Shown one piece after another: positions 29,501-44,409 of a DNA stretch of 64,000 nt (position 1 is the first letter of the stretch; each line of letters starts with the position of its first letter). The stretch is from the human T2T-CHM13v2.0 reference genome, Homo sapiens. The stretch lies in NCBI RefSeq assembly GCF_009914755.1, contig NC_060940.1, one strand, 5' to 3'. The position numbers and the translations under genes were made by a program. Below the pieces are notes generated by a model. It did no database searches. It was given only the letters and a program-made list of their open reading frames with translations, and had not been told where the DNA came from.

Positions 29501-32500
29501 AATGATTCCAATGGATTCCATTCAATGATGATTCCATTCGACTCCATTCAGTGATTCCATTCGAGTCCATTTGATGATTCCATTCTTTTCCATTTGATGA
29601 TGATTCCATTAGGGTCCATTCAATGATTCCATTCGAGTCCATTCGTTAATGCCTTTCGAGTCCTTTTGATCACTACATTCGAGTCCATTCAATGATTCTA
29701 TTCGATTCCATTCCATGATGATTCCATTCGAGTTCATTCGATGATTGCATTCGAGTCCATTTGATGATTCCATATGATTCCCTTCGACAATGATTCCATT
29801 CGTGTCCATTTGATGATTCCATTCATTTCCTATCGATGAAGATTCCATTCAAGTGTATTCGATGATTCCATTCAAATCCATTCGATGATGATTCCATTCC
29901 AGTCCATTCGATCATTCCACTTGATTCCATTTGATGACTATTCCATTCAAATCCATTTGATGATTCCATTCGATTCCATTCGATGTTACCATTCGAGTAT
30001 ATACGATGATTCCACTCGATTCCATTTGATGATTATTCCATTGGAGTCCACTTAGTGAATCCTTTAGATTCTACTCGAAGATGATTCCATTCGAGTCCAT
30101 TCGATGATACCATTCAATTCCATTCGTTGATGCTTCCATTCAAGTGCATTCGATGATATCATTCGATTCCATTTGATGATAATTCCATTTGATTCCATGC
30201 GATGATTCTATTCGATTCCATTCAATGATAATTCCATTCAATTCAGTGATTCCTCTGGACTCCATTTGATGATGATTCCATTCAATGATTCCATTCGATT
30301 CTATTCGAAAATGATTCCATTTGAATCCATTTGATGATGATTCCATTGGATTCCATTTGATGATTCCATTCGATTCCATTCGATGATGATTCCATTCGAT
30401 TCCTTTTGATGATTCCATTCTATTGTATTCGATGATGATTCCATTCGATTCCATTCGATGATGATTGGATTCGATTCCATTTGATGATTTCATTTGATTC
30501 CATTCGATAATGATTTCGATCAATTCCATTCGATGATTCCATTCGATTCCATTCGATAATGATTACATCCGAGTCCATTCGATGATTCCATTTGAGCCCG
30601 TTCGATAATTCCATTTGAGTCCAATCAATGATTCCATTCATTTCCATTCAATGATTCCATTCGAGTCCATTTGATCATTCCGGTAGGGTCCGTTCGATGT
30701 TGATTCCATTGGAGTGCATTCGATGATTCCATTCGAGTCCATTTTATGATTTGATTCGAGTCCTTTCGATGATTCCATTCGATTCCACTTGATGATGATT
30801 TCATTCGAGTCCATTCGACACTTCCAATCGATTCCATTTGATGTTTCCATTCGAGTCCAATTGATGATTCCATTCAATTCCATTCGATGATGATTCCGTA
30901 CGATTCCATTCTGTGATGATTCCATGTGATTGCATTCCATGATGATTCCTTTCGATTGCATTCGATTATGATTCATTTCGTGTTCATTCTATGGTTCCAC
31001 AGGTTTCCATTCGATGACGTTTCCGTTCGTGTCCATTCCATTATTCCATTCTATTTCATTTGATGATGATTCCATTCGATTCCATTCATTGGTGATTCCA
31101 CTCAATTCCATTCAATGATTCCATTCCATTTCTTTCAACAATGATTCCATTAGTTTCTATTCGATGATCCACTTGATTCCATTTGGCGATGATTCCATTC
31201 GTGTCCATTCGATGATTCCATTTGATTCCATATGATGATGATTCCATTCGATTCCATACCATGATGATTCCATTCGGGTCCATTCAATGGTGATTCCATT
31301 CAATTCCATTCGATGATTCCTTCCGATTCCATTCGATGATGATGGCATTCGATTCCTTTCAATCATTCCCTTTGATTCCATTCAAAGGTGATTTCATTCA
31401 AGTCCATTCGATAATTGCATTCGATTCCATTCTATGATGATTCCATTCGAGTCCATTTGATGATTCCATTCAATTCAAGTCAATGATGATTCCATTCAAT
31501 TCCACTCGATGATTCCATTGGATTCCATTCGATGATGATTCCATTCAAATCCATTCGATAATTCAATTCAAGTCCATTCGATGATGATTCCAATCGAATC
31601 CATTCAAAGATTCCATTCAATTCCATTCGATGATGATTCCCTTAGATTCCATTCGATGATTCCACTTGATTCCATTTACGATGATTCCATTCGATTCCAT
31701 GTGATGAATCCATTCAATTCTATTCAATGATGTTTCCATTTGATTCCATTGGACCATGATTGCCTTTGATTCCATTCAATGATTCCATTCGGTTCCATTT
31801 GATGATGATTCCGTTCGATTCCATTTCATTATTCCATTTGATTCCATTGGATGAGTCCATTCGATTACATTCGATGATTATTCCATTCGAGTGCATTAGA
31901 TGATTGCATTCGAGTCCATTCGATGATTCCATTCGATTCCATTCGATGTTGATTCTGTTCAAATCCATTCGATGATTCCACTCAATTCCAATCGATGACT
32001 CCATTTGATCCCATTCGATGATTTCCTGTGATTCCCTTTGATGATCATTCTATTTGATTCAATTCGGTGATTTCATTTCATTCCATTCAGTGATGTTTCC
32101 ATTCGACTGTATTCGATGATGATTCCATTCGACTCCATTCGATTATGATTTCATTCAATTCCATTCAATAATGATTCCCTTCGAGTCCATTCGATGATTC
32201 CATTCGATTCCATTCAACGATGATTTGATTCGTTTCCATTCGATGATTCCATTTGATTCCACTTGATGATGATTCCATTCGAGTCCATTTGATGATTCCA
32301 TTCGAGTCTATTTATGTATTATATTCGTGTCCACTTCATGATTCCATTCAATTCCATTTAATGTTGATTCCATTTGATTCCATTTGATGATTCAGTTCGA
32401 TTCCTTGCAATGATTCCCTACGATTCCTTTCTCTGATGATTCCATTCGATTCCATTCATTGATGATTTCATTCGACTCCATTCGATGATGATTCCTTTCG

Positions 32501-35500
32501 ATTCCATTTGACGATGTTTCCATTCGAGTCCATTCGATGATGATTCTATTCAATTCTGTTCTATTATGATTCCATTCGATTTCATTCAATGCTTCTATTT
32601 GATTCCATTCGATGATGATTCCATCTCTTTCCCTTCGATGATTCCATTTGATTCCATTCAGTGATGATTCCATTTGATTCCATCTGATGATGATTTCACT
32701 TGATTCCTTTCAATGATGATTCAATTCAAGTCCATTCTATGATTCCATTGGAGTCCAAACGATCATTCCGTTCGATTCCATTCAATGGTGATTCCATTCA
32801 TGTCCATTCGATGAATCCATTCAATTCCATTCGATGATGACTCCATTCGAGTACATTCGATGATTCCATTTGATTCCATTTGAAGATGATTCCATTCAAT
32901 TCCATTCGAAGATGATTCCATTCAATTCCATTCGATGATGATTCCGTATGAATCCATTCTCTGATTATTCCATTCGATTCCATTCATTGACGATTCCATT
33001 CAATTCCATTCAATGATGATTCTCTTCTATTCCATTCGATGATTCCGGTCGATTCCATTCGATGATGATTCCATTAGATTCCATTCGATTGTTGCATTCG
33101 ATTCCCTTCGATGATGATTCCTTTGAATTCCATTCGATTATCATTCCGTATGAATCCATTTGATGATTATTCCATTGGATTCCTTTCGATGATGATTCCA
33201 TTCGATTCCATTTGATGATGTTTCTCTTGTATTCCATTGGATAATTCCTTTCAGTTCCCTTCGATGATTATTCTTTCGAGTCAATTCGATGATTCTATTC
33301 CATTCCCTTCGATGATGATTCCATTTCACTCCATTTGATGATTCCATTCGACTCAATTTGGTGATGATTCAATTCGATGACATTCGATGACTCCATTCAA
33401 TTTCATTTGATGATGATTACATTCGAGTCCATTTGATGATTGTATTCCTTTCCTTTTGATGATTATTCCATTCGTGTCTATTCAAAGATTCCATTCTATT
33501 CCATTCAATGATGATTGCATTTGATTCCATTCAATGATTATGGCTATCGATTCCACTCGTTGATTCCATTTGATTCCGTTCGATGATTATTCCGTTAGAT
33601 TCCATTAGAAGATTCCATTCGATTTTATTCAATGATTCCAATGGATTCCATTCAATGATGATTCCATTCGACTCCATTCAGTGATTCCATTCGAGTCCAT
33701 TTGATGATTCCATTCTTTTCCATTTGATGATGATTCCATTAGGGTCCATTCAATGATTCCATTCGAGTCCATTCGTTAATGCCTTTCGAGTCCTTTTGAT
33801 CACTACATTCGAGTCCATTCAATGATTCTATTCGATTCCATTCCATGATGATTCCATTCGAGTTCATTCGATGATTGCATTCGAGTCCATTTGATGATTC
33901 CATATGATTCCCTTCGACAATGATTCCATTCGTGTCCATTTGATGATTCCATTCATTTCCTATCGATGAAGATTCCATTCAAGTGTATTCGATGATTCCA
34001 TTCAAATCCATTCGATGATGATTCCATTCCAGTCCATTCGATCATTCCACTTGATTCCATTTGATGACTATTCCATTCAAATCCATTTGATGATTCCATT
34101 CGATTCCATTCGATGTTACCATTCGAGTATATACGATGATTCCACTCGATTCCATTTGATGATTATTCCATTGGAGTCCACTTAGTGAATCCTTTAGATT
34201 CTACTCGAAGATGATTCCATTCGAGTCCATTCGATGATACCATTCAATTCCATTCGTTGATGCTTCCATTCAAGTGCATTCGATGATATCATTCGATTCC
34301 ATTTGATGATAATTCCATTTGATTCCATGCGATGATTCTATTCGATTCCATTCAATGATAATTCCATTCAATTCAGTGATTCCTCTGGACTCCATTTGAT
34401 GATGATTCCATTCAATGATTCCATTCGATTCTATTCGAAAATGATTCCATTTGAATCCATTTGATGATGATTCCATTGGATTCCATTTGATGATTCCATT
34501 CGATTCCATTCGATGATGATTCCATTCGATTCCTTTTGATGATTCCATTCTATTGTATTCGATGATGATTCCATTCGATTCCATTCGATGATGATTGGAT
34601 TCGATTCCATTTGATGATTTCATTTGATTCCATTCGATAATGATTTCGATCAATTCCATTCGATGATTCCATTCGATTCCATTCGATAATGATTACATCC
34701 GAGTCCATTCGATGATTCCATTTGAGCCCGTTCGATAATTCCATTTGAGTCCAATCAATGATTCCATTCATTTCCATTCAATGATTCCATTCGAGTCCAT
34801 TTGATCATTCCGGTAGGGTCCGTTCGATGTTGATTCCATTGGAGTGCATTCGATGATTCCATTCGAGTCCATTTTATGATTTGATTCGAGTCCTTTCGAT
34901 GATTCCATTCGATTCCACTCGATGATGATTTCATTCGAGTCCATTCGACACTTCCAATCGATTCCATTTGATGTTTCCATTCGAGTCCAATTGATGATTC
35001 CATTCAATTCCATTCGATGATGATTCCGTACGATTCCATTCTGTGATGATTCCATGTGATTGCATTCCATGATGATTCCTTTCGATTGCATTCGATTATG
35101 ATTCATTTCGTGTTCATTCTATGGTTCCACAGGTTTCCATTCGATGACGTTTCCGTTCGTGTCCATTCCATTATTCCATTCTATTTCATTTGATGATGAT
35201 TCCATTCGATTCCATTCATTGGTGATTCCACTCAATTCCATTCAATGATTCCATTCCATTTCTTTCAACAATGATTCCATTAGTTTCTATTCGATGATCC
35301 ACTTGATTCCATTTGGCGATGATTCCATTCGTGTCCATTCGATGATTCCATTTGATTCCATATGATGATGATTCCATTCGATTCCATACCATGATGATTC
35401 CATTCGGGTCCATTCAATGGTGATTCCATTCAATTCCATTCGATGATTCCTTCCGATTCCATTCGATGATGATGGCATTCGATTCCTTTCAATCATTCCC

Positions 35501-38500
35501 TTTGATTCCATTCAAAGGTGATTTCATTCAAGTCCATTCGATAATTGCATTCGATTCCATTCTATGATGATTCCATTCGAGTCCATTTGATGATTCCATT
35601 CAATTCAAGTCAATGATGATTCCATTCAATTCCACTCGATGATTCCATTGGATTCCATTCGATGATGATTCCATTCAAATCCATTCGATAATTCAATTCA
35701 AGTCCATTCGATGATGATTCCAATCGAATCCATTCAAAGATTCCATTCAATTCCATTCGATGATGATTCCCTTAGATTCCATTCGATGATTCCACTTGAT
35801 TCCATTTACGATGATTCCATTCGATTCCATGTGATGAATCCATTCAATTCTATTCAATGATGTTTCCATTTGATTCCATTGGACCATGATTGCCTTTGAT
35901 TCCATTCAATGATTCCATTCGGTTCCATTTGATGATGATTCCGTTCGATTCCATTTCATTATTCCATTTGATTCCATTGGATGAGTCCATTCGATTACAT
36001 TCGATGATTATTCCATTCGAGTGCATTAGATGATTGCATTCGAGTCCATTCGATGATTCCATTCGATTCCATTCGATGTTGATTCTGTTCAAATCCATTC
36101 GATGATTCCACTCAATTCCAATCGATGACTCCATTTGATCCCATTCGATGATTTCCTGTGATTCCCTTTGATGATCATTCTATTTGATTCAATTCGGTGA
36201 TTTCATTTCATTCCATTCAGTGATGTTTCCATTCGACTGTATTCGATGATGATTCCATTCGACTCCATTCGATTATGATTTCATTCAATTCCATTCAATA
36301 ATGATTCCCTTCGAGTCCATTCGATGATTCCATTCGATTCCATTCAACGATGATTTGATTCGTTTCCATTCGATGATTCCATTTGATTCCACTTGATGAT
36401 GATTCCATTCGAGTCCATTTGATGATTCCATTCGAGTCTATTTATGTATTATATTCGTGTCCACTTCATGATTCCATTCAATTCCATTTAATGTTGATTC
36501 CATTTGATTCCATTTGATGATTCAGTTCGATTCCTTGCAATGATTCCCTACGATTCCTTTCTCTGATGATTCCATTCGATTCCATTCATTGATGATTTCA
36601 TTCGACTCCATTCGATGATGATTCCTTTCGATTCCATTTGACGATGTTTCCATTCGAGTCCATTCGATGATGATTCTATTCAATTCTGTTCTATTATGAT
36701 TCCATTCGATTTCATTCAATGCTTCTATTTGATTCCATTCGATGATGATTCCATCTCTTTCCCTTCGATGATTCCATTTGATTCCATTCAGTGATGATTC
36801 CATTTGATTCCATCTGATGATGATTTCACTTGATTCCTTTCAATGATGATTCAATTCAAGTCCATTCTATGATTCCATTGGAGTCCAAACGATCATTCCG
36901 TTCGATTCCATTCAATGGTGATTCCATTCATGTCCATTCGATGAATCCATTCAATTCCATTCGATGATGACTCCATTCGAGTACATTCGATGATTCCATT
37001 TGATTCCATTTGAAGATGATTCCATTCAATTCCATTCGAAGATGATTCCATTCAATTCCATTCGATGATGATTCCGTATGAATCCATTCTCTGATTATTC
37101 CATTCGATTCCATTCATTGACGATTCCATTCAATTCCATTCAATGATGATTCTCTTCTATTCCATTCGATGATTCCGGTCGATTCCATTCGATGATGATT
37201 CCATTAGATTCCATTCGATTGTTGCATTCGATTCCCTTCGATGATGATTCCTTTGAATTCCATTCGATTATCATTCCGTATGAATCCATTTGATGATTAT
37301 TCCATTGGATTCCTTTCGATGATGATTCCATTCGATTCCATTTGATGATGTTTCTCTTGTATTCCATTGGATAATTCCTTTCAGTTCCCTTCGATGATTA
37401 TTCTTTCGAGTCAATTCGATGATTCTATTCCATTCCCTTCGATGATGATTCCATTTCACTCCATTTGATGATTCCATTCGACTCAATTTGGTGATGATTC
37501 AATTCGATGACATTCGATGACTCCATTCAATTTCATTTGATGATGATTACATTCGAGTCCATTTGATGATTGTATTCCTTTCCTTTTGATGATTATTCCA
37601 TTCGTGTCTATTCAAAGATTCCATTCTATTCCATTCAATGATGATTGCATTTGATTCCATTCAATGATTATGGCTATCGATTCCACTCGTTGATTCCATT
37701 TGATTCCGTTCGATGATTATTCCGTTAGATTCCATTAGAAGATTCCATTCGATTTTATTCAATGATTCCAATGGATTCCATTCAATGATGATTCCATTCG
37801 ACTCCATTCAGTGATTCCATTCGAGTCCATTTGATGATTCCATTCTTTTCCATTTGATGATGATTCCATTAGGGTCCATTCAATGATTCCATTCGAGTCC
37901 ATTCGTTAATGCCTTTCGAGTCCTTTTGATCACTACATTCGAGTCCATTCAATGATTCTATTCGATTCCATTCCATGATGATTCCATTCGAGTTCATTCG
38001 ATGATTGCATTCGAGTCCATTTGATGATTCCATATGATTCCCTTCGACAATGATTCCATTCGTGTCCATTTGATGATTCCATTCATTTCCTATCGATGAA
38101 GATTCCATTCAAGTGTATTCGATGATTCCATTCAAATCCATTCGATGATGATTCCATTCCAGTCCATTCGATCATTCCACTTGATTCCATTTGATGACTA
38201 TTCCATTCAAATCCATTTGATGATTCCATTCGATTCCATTCGATGTTACCATTCGAGTATATACGATGATTCCACTCGATTCCATTTGATGATTATTCCA
38301 TTGGAGTCCACTTAGTGAATCCTTTAGATTCTACTGGAAGATGATTCCATTCGAGTCCATTCGATGATACCATTCAATTCCATTCGTTGATGCTTCCATT
38401 CAAGTGCATTTGATGATATCATTCGATTCCATTTGATGATAATTCCATTTGATTCCATGCGATGATTCTATTCGATTCCATTCAATGATAATTCCATTCA

Positions 38501-38941
38501 ATTCAGTGATTCCTCTGGACTCCATTTGATGATGATTCCATTCAATGATTCCATTCGATTCTATTCGAAAATGATTCCATTTGAATCCATTTGATGATGA
38601 TTCCATTGGATTCCATTTGATGATTCCATTCGATTCCATTCGATGATGATTCCATTCGATTCCTTTTGATGATTCCATTCTATTGTATTCGATGATGATT
38701 CCATTCGATTCCATTCGATGATGATTGGATTCGATTCCATTTGATGATTTCATTTGATTCCATTCGATAATGATTTCGATCAATTCCATTCGATGATTCC
38801 ATTCGATTCCATTCGATAATGATTACATCCGAGTCCATTCGATGATTCCATTTGAGCCCGTTCGATAATTCCATTTGAGTCCAATCAATGATTCCATTCA
38901 TTTCCATTCAATGATTCCATTCGAGTCCATTTGATCATTCC
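26552..38941 (+). repeat. Three near-identical tandem copies of the 4130-bp (S+X) unit; X copies at 28175-30004, 32305-34134 and 36435-38264
   Basis: Exact 4130 spacing of landmarks (26508/30638/34768/38898; 28262/32392/36522; 29609/33739/37869) and shared private variants CATTCGGGTCC, TGCATTCCATG, CACTCAATTCCAATCG and TCAAAGATTCCATTCTA. Confidence 0.93.
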
Positions 38942-39901
38942 GGTAGGGTCCGTTCGATGTTGATTCCATTGGAGTGCATTCGATGATTCCATTCGAGTCC
39001 ATTTTAGGATTTGATTCGAGTCCTTTCGATGATTCCATTCGATTCCACTCGATGATTTCATTCGAGTCCATTCGACACTTCCAATCGATTCCATTTGATG
39101 ATTCCATTCGAGTCCAATTGATGATTCCATTCAATTCCATTCGATGATGATTCCGTACGATTCCATTCTGTGATGATTCCATGTGATTGCATTCAATGAT
39201 GATTCCTTTCGATTGCATTCGATTATGATTCATTTCGTGTTCATTCTATGGTTCCACAGGTTTCCATTCGATGATGTTTCCATTCGTGTCCATTCCATTT
39301 TTCCATTCTATTCCATTTGAAGATGATTCCATTCGATTCCATTCATTGGTGATTCCACTCAATTCCATTCAATGATTCCATTCCATTTCTTTCAACAATG
39401 ATTCCATTAGTTTCTATTCGATGATCCACTTGATTCCATTTGACGATGATTCCATTCGTGTCCATTCGATGATTCCATTTGATTCCATATGATGATGATT
39501 CCATTCGATTCCATACGATGATGATTCCATTCGAGTCCATTCAATGGTGATTCCATTCAATTCCATTCGATGATTCCTTTCGATTCCATTCAATGATGAT
39601 GGCATTCGATTCCTTTCGATCATTCCCTTTGATTCCATTCAAAGGTGATTTCATTCAAGTCCATTCGATAATTGCATTCGATTCCATTCTATGATGATTC
39701 CATTCGAGTCCATTTGATGATTCCATTCAATTCAAGTCAATGATGATTCCATTCGATTCCACTCGATGATTCCATTGGATTCCATTCGATGATGATTCCA
39801 TTCAAATCCATTCGATAATTCAATTCAAGTCCATTCGATGATGATTCCAATCGAATCCATTCAAAGATTCCACTCAATTCCATTCGATGATGATTCCCTT
39901 A

Positions 39902-42250
39902 GATTCCATTCGATGATTCCACTTGATTCCATTTACGATGATTCCATTCGATTCCATGTGATGATTCCATTCAATTCTATTCAATGATGTTTCCACTTGA
40001 TTCCATTCGAACATGATTGCCTTTGATTCCATTCAATGATTCCATACGGTTCCATTTGATGATGATTCCATTGGAGTGCATTAGATGATTCCATCCGAGT
40101 CCATTTGATGATTCCATTCGATTCCATTCGATGTTGATTCTGTTCAAATCCATTCGATGATTCCACTCGATTCCATTCGATGACTCCATTTGATCCCATT
40201 CGATGATTTCCTTTGATTCCCTTTGATGATCATTCCATTTGATTCAATTCGGTGATTTCATTTGATTCCATTCAGTGATGTTTCCATTCAACTCCTTTCG
40301 ATGATGATTCCATTCGACTCCATTCGATTATGATTTCATTCAATTCCATTCGATAATGATTCCCTTCAAGTCCATTCGATGATTCCATTCGATTCCATTC
40401 AACGATGATTTGATTCGTGTCCATTCGATGATTCCATTTGATTCCATTTGATGATGATTCCATTCGAGTCCCTTTGATGATTCCATTCAATTCCATTCTC
40501 CGATGATTTCTTCTGAGCCCATTCAATGCTTCCACTCGATTCCATATGATGATGACTCCATTTGATGAAATTCCATGATGATTCCATTCGCTTGCATTCG
40601 ATGATGATTCCACTTGAGTCCGTTAGAAGATTCTATTCAATTACATTCCATGACGATTCTGTTCGAGTCCATTTGATGATTCCATTAGACTCCATTCGAC
40701 GATGATTCCATTCGATGTTATTCGATGATGATTCCATTCAACTCCATTCGATGTTTCCATTCGAGGTCATTCTATTATTCCATTAGATTCCATTCGATGA
40801 TGATTCCATTCGATTCCATTTGATGATTGCATTCTATTTCATTTGATGATGATTCCATTCGAGTCCATTCGATGATTCCATTCGAGTCCATTTAATGAAT
40901 CCATTGGTTTCAATTCTATGATGATTACATTGGATTCCATTCGTTGATGATTTCATTCGATTCCATTCAATGATGATTCCATTCAATTCCATTCAATGAT
41001 TCCATTCAATTCCATACGATGATGATTCCATTGGATTTGATTCCACAGTGAGCCATTCGATTCAATTCCATGATGATTCTATTTTATTCAATAGGTTGAC
41101 ATTTCCATTCGATTCCATTCGATGATGATTCCCTTTGATTCCATTCAAAGCTGATTCCATTCTAGCCCATTCAATCATTCCATTCGATTCTATTCAATGA
41201 TGATTCCATTCATGTCGATTTGGTGATTCCATTTGACTTCATTTGATGATGATTCTTTTCAAGTTCATTAGATGATTCCATTCGATTCCATTTGATGATG
41301 ATCCCATTCGAGTCCATTTGATGATTCCACTCGTTTCCATTCCATGATGATTCCATTCCATTCCATTCAATGATTCCATTCGATTCCGTTTGATGATGAT
41401 TTCATTCGAGTCCATTTCATGATTCCATTTGATTCCATTCGATGATGATTACATTCGAGTCCATACGATGATTCCACTCAATTCCATATGATGATGATTC
41501 CATTCGATTCCATTCGATGATTCCACTTGATTCCATTTACGATGATTCCATTCGATTCCATGTGATGATTCCATTCAGTTCTATTCAATGCTGTTTCCAT
41601 TTGATTCCATTCGACCATGATTGCCTTTGATTCCATTCAATGACTCCATTCGGTTCCTTTTGATTATGATTCCGTTCGATTCCATTTCATTATTCCATTT
41701 GATTCCATTGGATGAGTCCATTCGATTACATTCGATGATTATTCCATTCGAGTGCATTAGATGATTCCATTCGAGTCCATTCGATGATTCCATTCGATTC
41801 CATTCGATGTTGATTCTGTTCAAATCCATTCGATGATTCCACTCGATTCCATTCGATGACTCCAGTTGATCCCATTCGATGATTTCCTTTGATTCCCTTT
41901 GATGATCATTCCATTTGATTCAATTCGGTGATTTCATTTGATTCCATTCAGTGATGTTTCCATTCGACTCCATTCGATGATGATTCCATTCGACTCCATT
42001 CGATTATGATTTCATTCAATTCCATTCGATAATGATTCCCTTCGAGTCCATTCGATGATTCCATTCGATTCCATTCAACGATGATTTGATTCGTGTCCAT
42101 TCGATGATTCCATTTGATTCCACTTGATGATGATTCCATTCGAGTCCATTTGATGATTCCATTCAATTCCATTCTCCGATGATTTCTTTTGAGCCCATTC
42201 AATGCTTCCACTCGATTCCATATGATGATGACTCCATTCGATGAAATTCA
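39902..42250 (+). repeat. Truncated W followed by restart in S (1604-bp jump back at ~41506)
   Basis: W sequence ...CACTCAATTCCATATGATGATGATTCCATTC runs via GATTCCATTCGATGATTCCA (41506-41525) into CTTGATTCCATTTACG, which also follows the same 20-mer at 39902. Confidence 0.75.
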
Positions 42251-44409
42251 ATGATGATTCCCTTTGATTCCATTCAAAGATGATTCCATTCTAGCCCATT
42301 CAATCATTCCATTCGATTCTATTCAATGATGATTCCATTCATGTCGATTTGGTGATTCCATTTGACTTCATTTGATGATGATTCCTTTCAAGTTCATTAG
42401 ATGATTCCATTCGATTCCATTTGATGATGATCCCATTGGAGTCCATTCAGTGATTCCACTCGTTTCCATTCCATGATGATTCCATTCCATTCCATTCAAT
42501 GATTCCATTCGATTCCGTTTGATGATGATTTCATTCGAGTCCATTTGATGATTCCATTGGATTCCATTCGATGATGATTCCATTCGAGTCCATTCGATGA
42601 TTCTATTCGAATCCATTTGATGATTTCTTTTGATTATAGTTGGTGATGATTCCATTGGAGTCCATTCAATGATTCCATTCGATTCCAATCGATGGTGATT
42701 CCATTAGAGTCCATTTAACGATTCCATTTGATTCCAGTCTCTGATGATTACATTCGAGTCCATACGATGATTCCACTCAATTCCATATGATGATGATTCC
42801 ATTCTATTCCATTCGATGATTCCATTCTATTCTATTCAATGGTGATTCCATTCGAGTACATTAGATGATTCCATTCGATTCCATTCAATGATGATTCTAT
42901 TTGTGTCCCTTAGATGGTTCCACATGATTCCATTTCATGATGATACTATTTGAGCCCATCCAATGACTCCCTTCGATTCCATTCGATGAGGATTCCATTC
43001 GATTCATTTCATTGGTGATTCTATTCAATTCAATTCTTTGATTCCATTCCATTCCATTCGAAAATGATTCCATTCGATTTCTTTCGATGATTCCACTCGA
43101 TTCCACTTGACATTGATTCCATTCGATTCCATTCAATGATTCCGTTTGATTCCAGTGGATGATGATTGCCGTCAATTCCATTCGATCACTCCATTCTATT
43201 CCATTTGATGATGATTACATTCGATTCCATTTGATGATTCCATCTGATTCTATTCGAGGATTCCATTTGATTCCATTCGATGATGATTCCATTCGAGTGC
43301 ATTCGATGATTTCATTCGAGTACATCCAATGATTCCATTCGAGTCCATTTGATGATTCCATTTGATTCCATTTGATTATGATTCTACTAGAGTCCATTCA
43401 ATGACTCCATTCGAATCCATTCAACAATTCCATTCGAGGCCATTCGTTGATTCCATTTCATGATTCCATTCGAGTCCATTTAATCATTACAGTCGAGTCC
43501 ATTTGGTGATTCCACTGGATTTCTTTTGATAATGATACCATTCAATTACATTTGATGATGATCCCATTCAATTTCATTTGATGGTGATTCCATTAGAGTC
43601 CATTCGATGATTTCATTCGAGTCCCTTCATTGATTCCATCCGATTTTTTTGGATGATGACTCCATTCGAGTCCATTCGATGATTCCACTCGATTCCATTA
43701 GATGATTCCATTGGAGTCCATTTGATTGTTCCATTCGATTCTATTCGATTCCTTTCGAAGATTATTCCATTTGAGTCCATTCGATGATGATTCCATTCCA
43801 TTCCATTCGATGATTCCGTTTGATTCCATTCGATGATTCCCTTCGATTCCATTCTTTGATGATTCCATTTGATTCCATTCAATGATGATTCCGTTCTATT
43901 CCATTCAATGATTGCATTCAATTCCATTCAGTGATTATCCCCTTAGAGTAAACTCAACGATTCCATTCAATACCATTCGATGATGATTCCTTTTGAGTCC
44001 ATTCAATGATTTCATTCAAGTCCATTTGATGATTCCTTTCAATTCCATTCTATGATGATTCCATTCGAGTCCATTCGATGATTCCATTCGATTGCATTCG
44101 ATGATTCCATTATATTCCATTCAACGATGATTCCATTCGAGTCCATTTCATGATTCCATTAGAGTACATTTAATGATTGCTTTGTTTTCAATTCGAAGAT
44201 GATTACATTCGATTCCATTCTATGATACCATTCGATTCCATTCAATGATGATTCCTCTCAAATCCATTGGATGATTCCATTCGTGTCCATTCGGTGATTT
44301 CATTAGATTCCATTCGAGGATGATTCCATTCGATTCCATTCGATGATTCCATTCAATTCCATTCGATGATGATTCCATTCCAGTCCATATGATCATTCCA
44401 TTTGATTTC

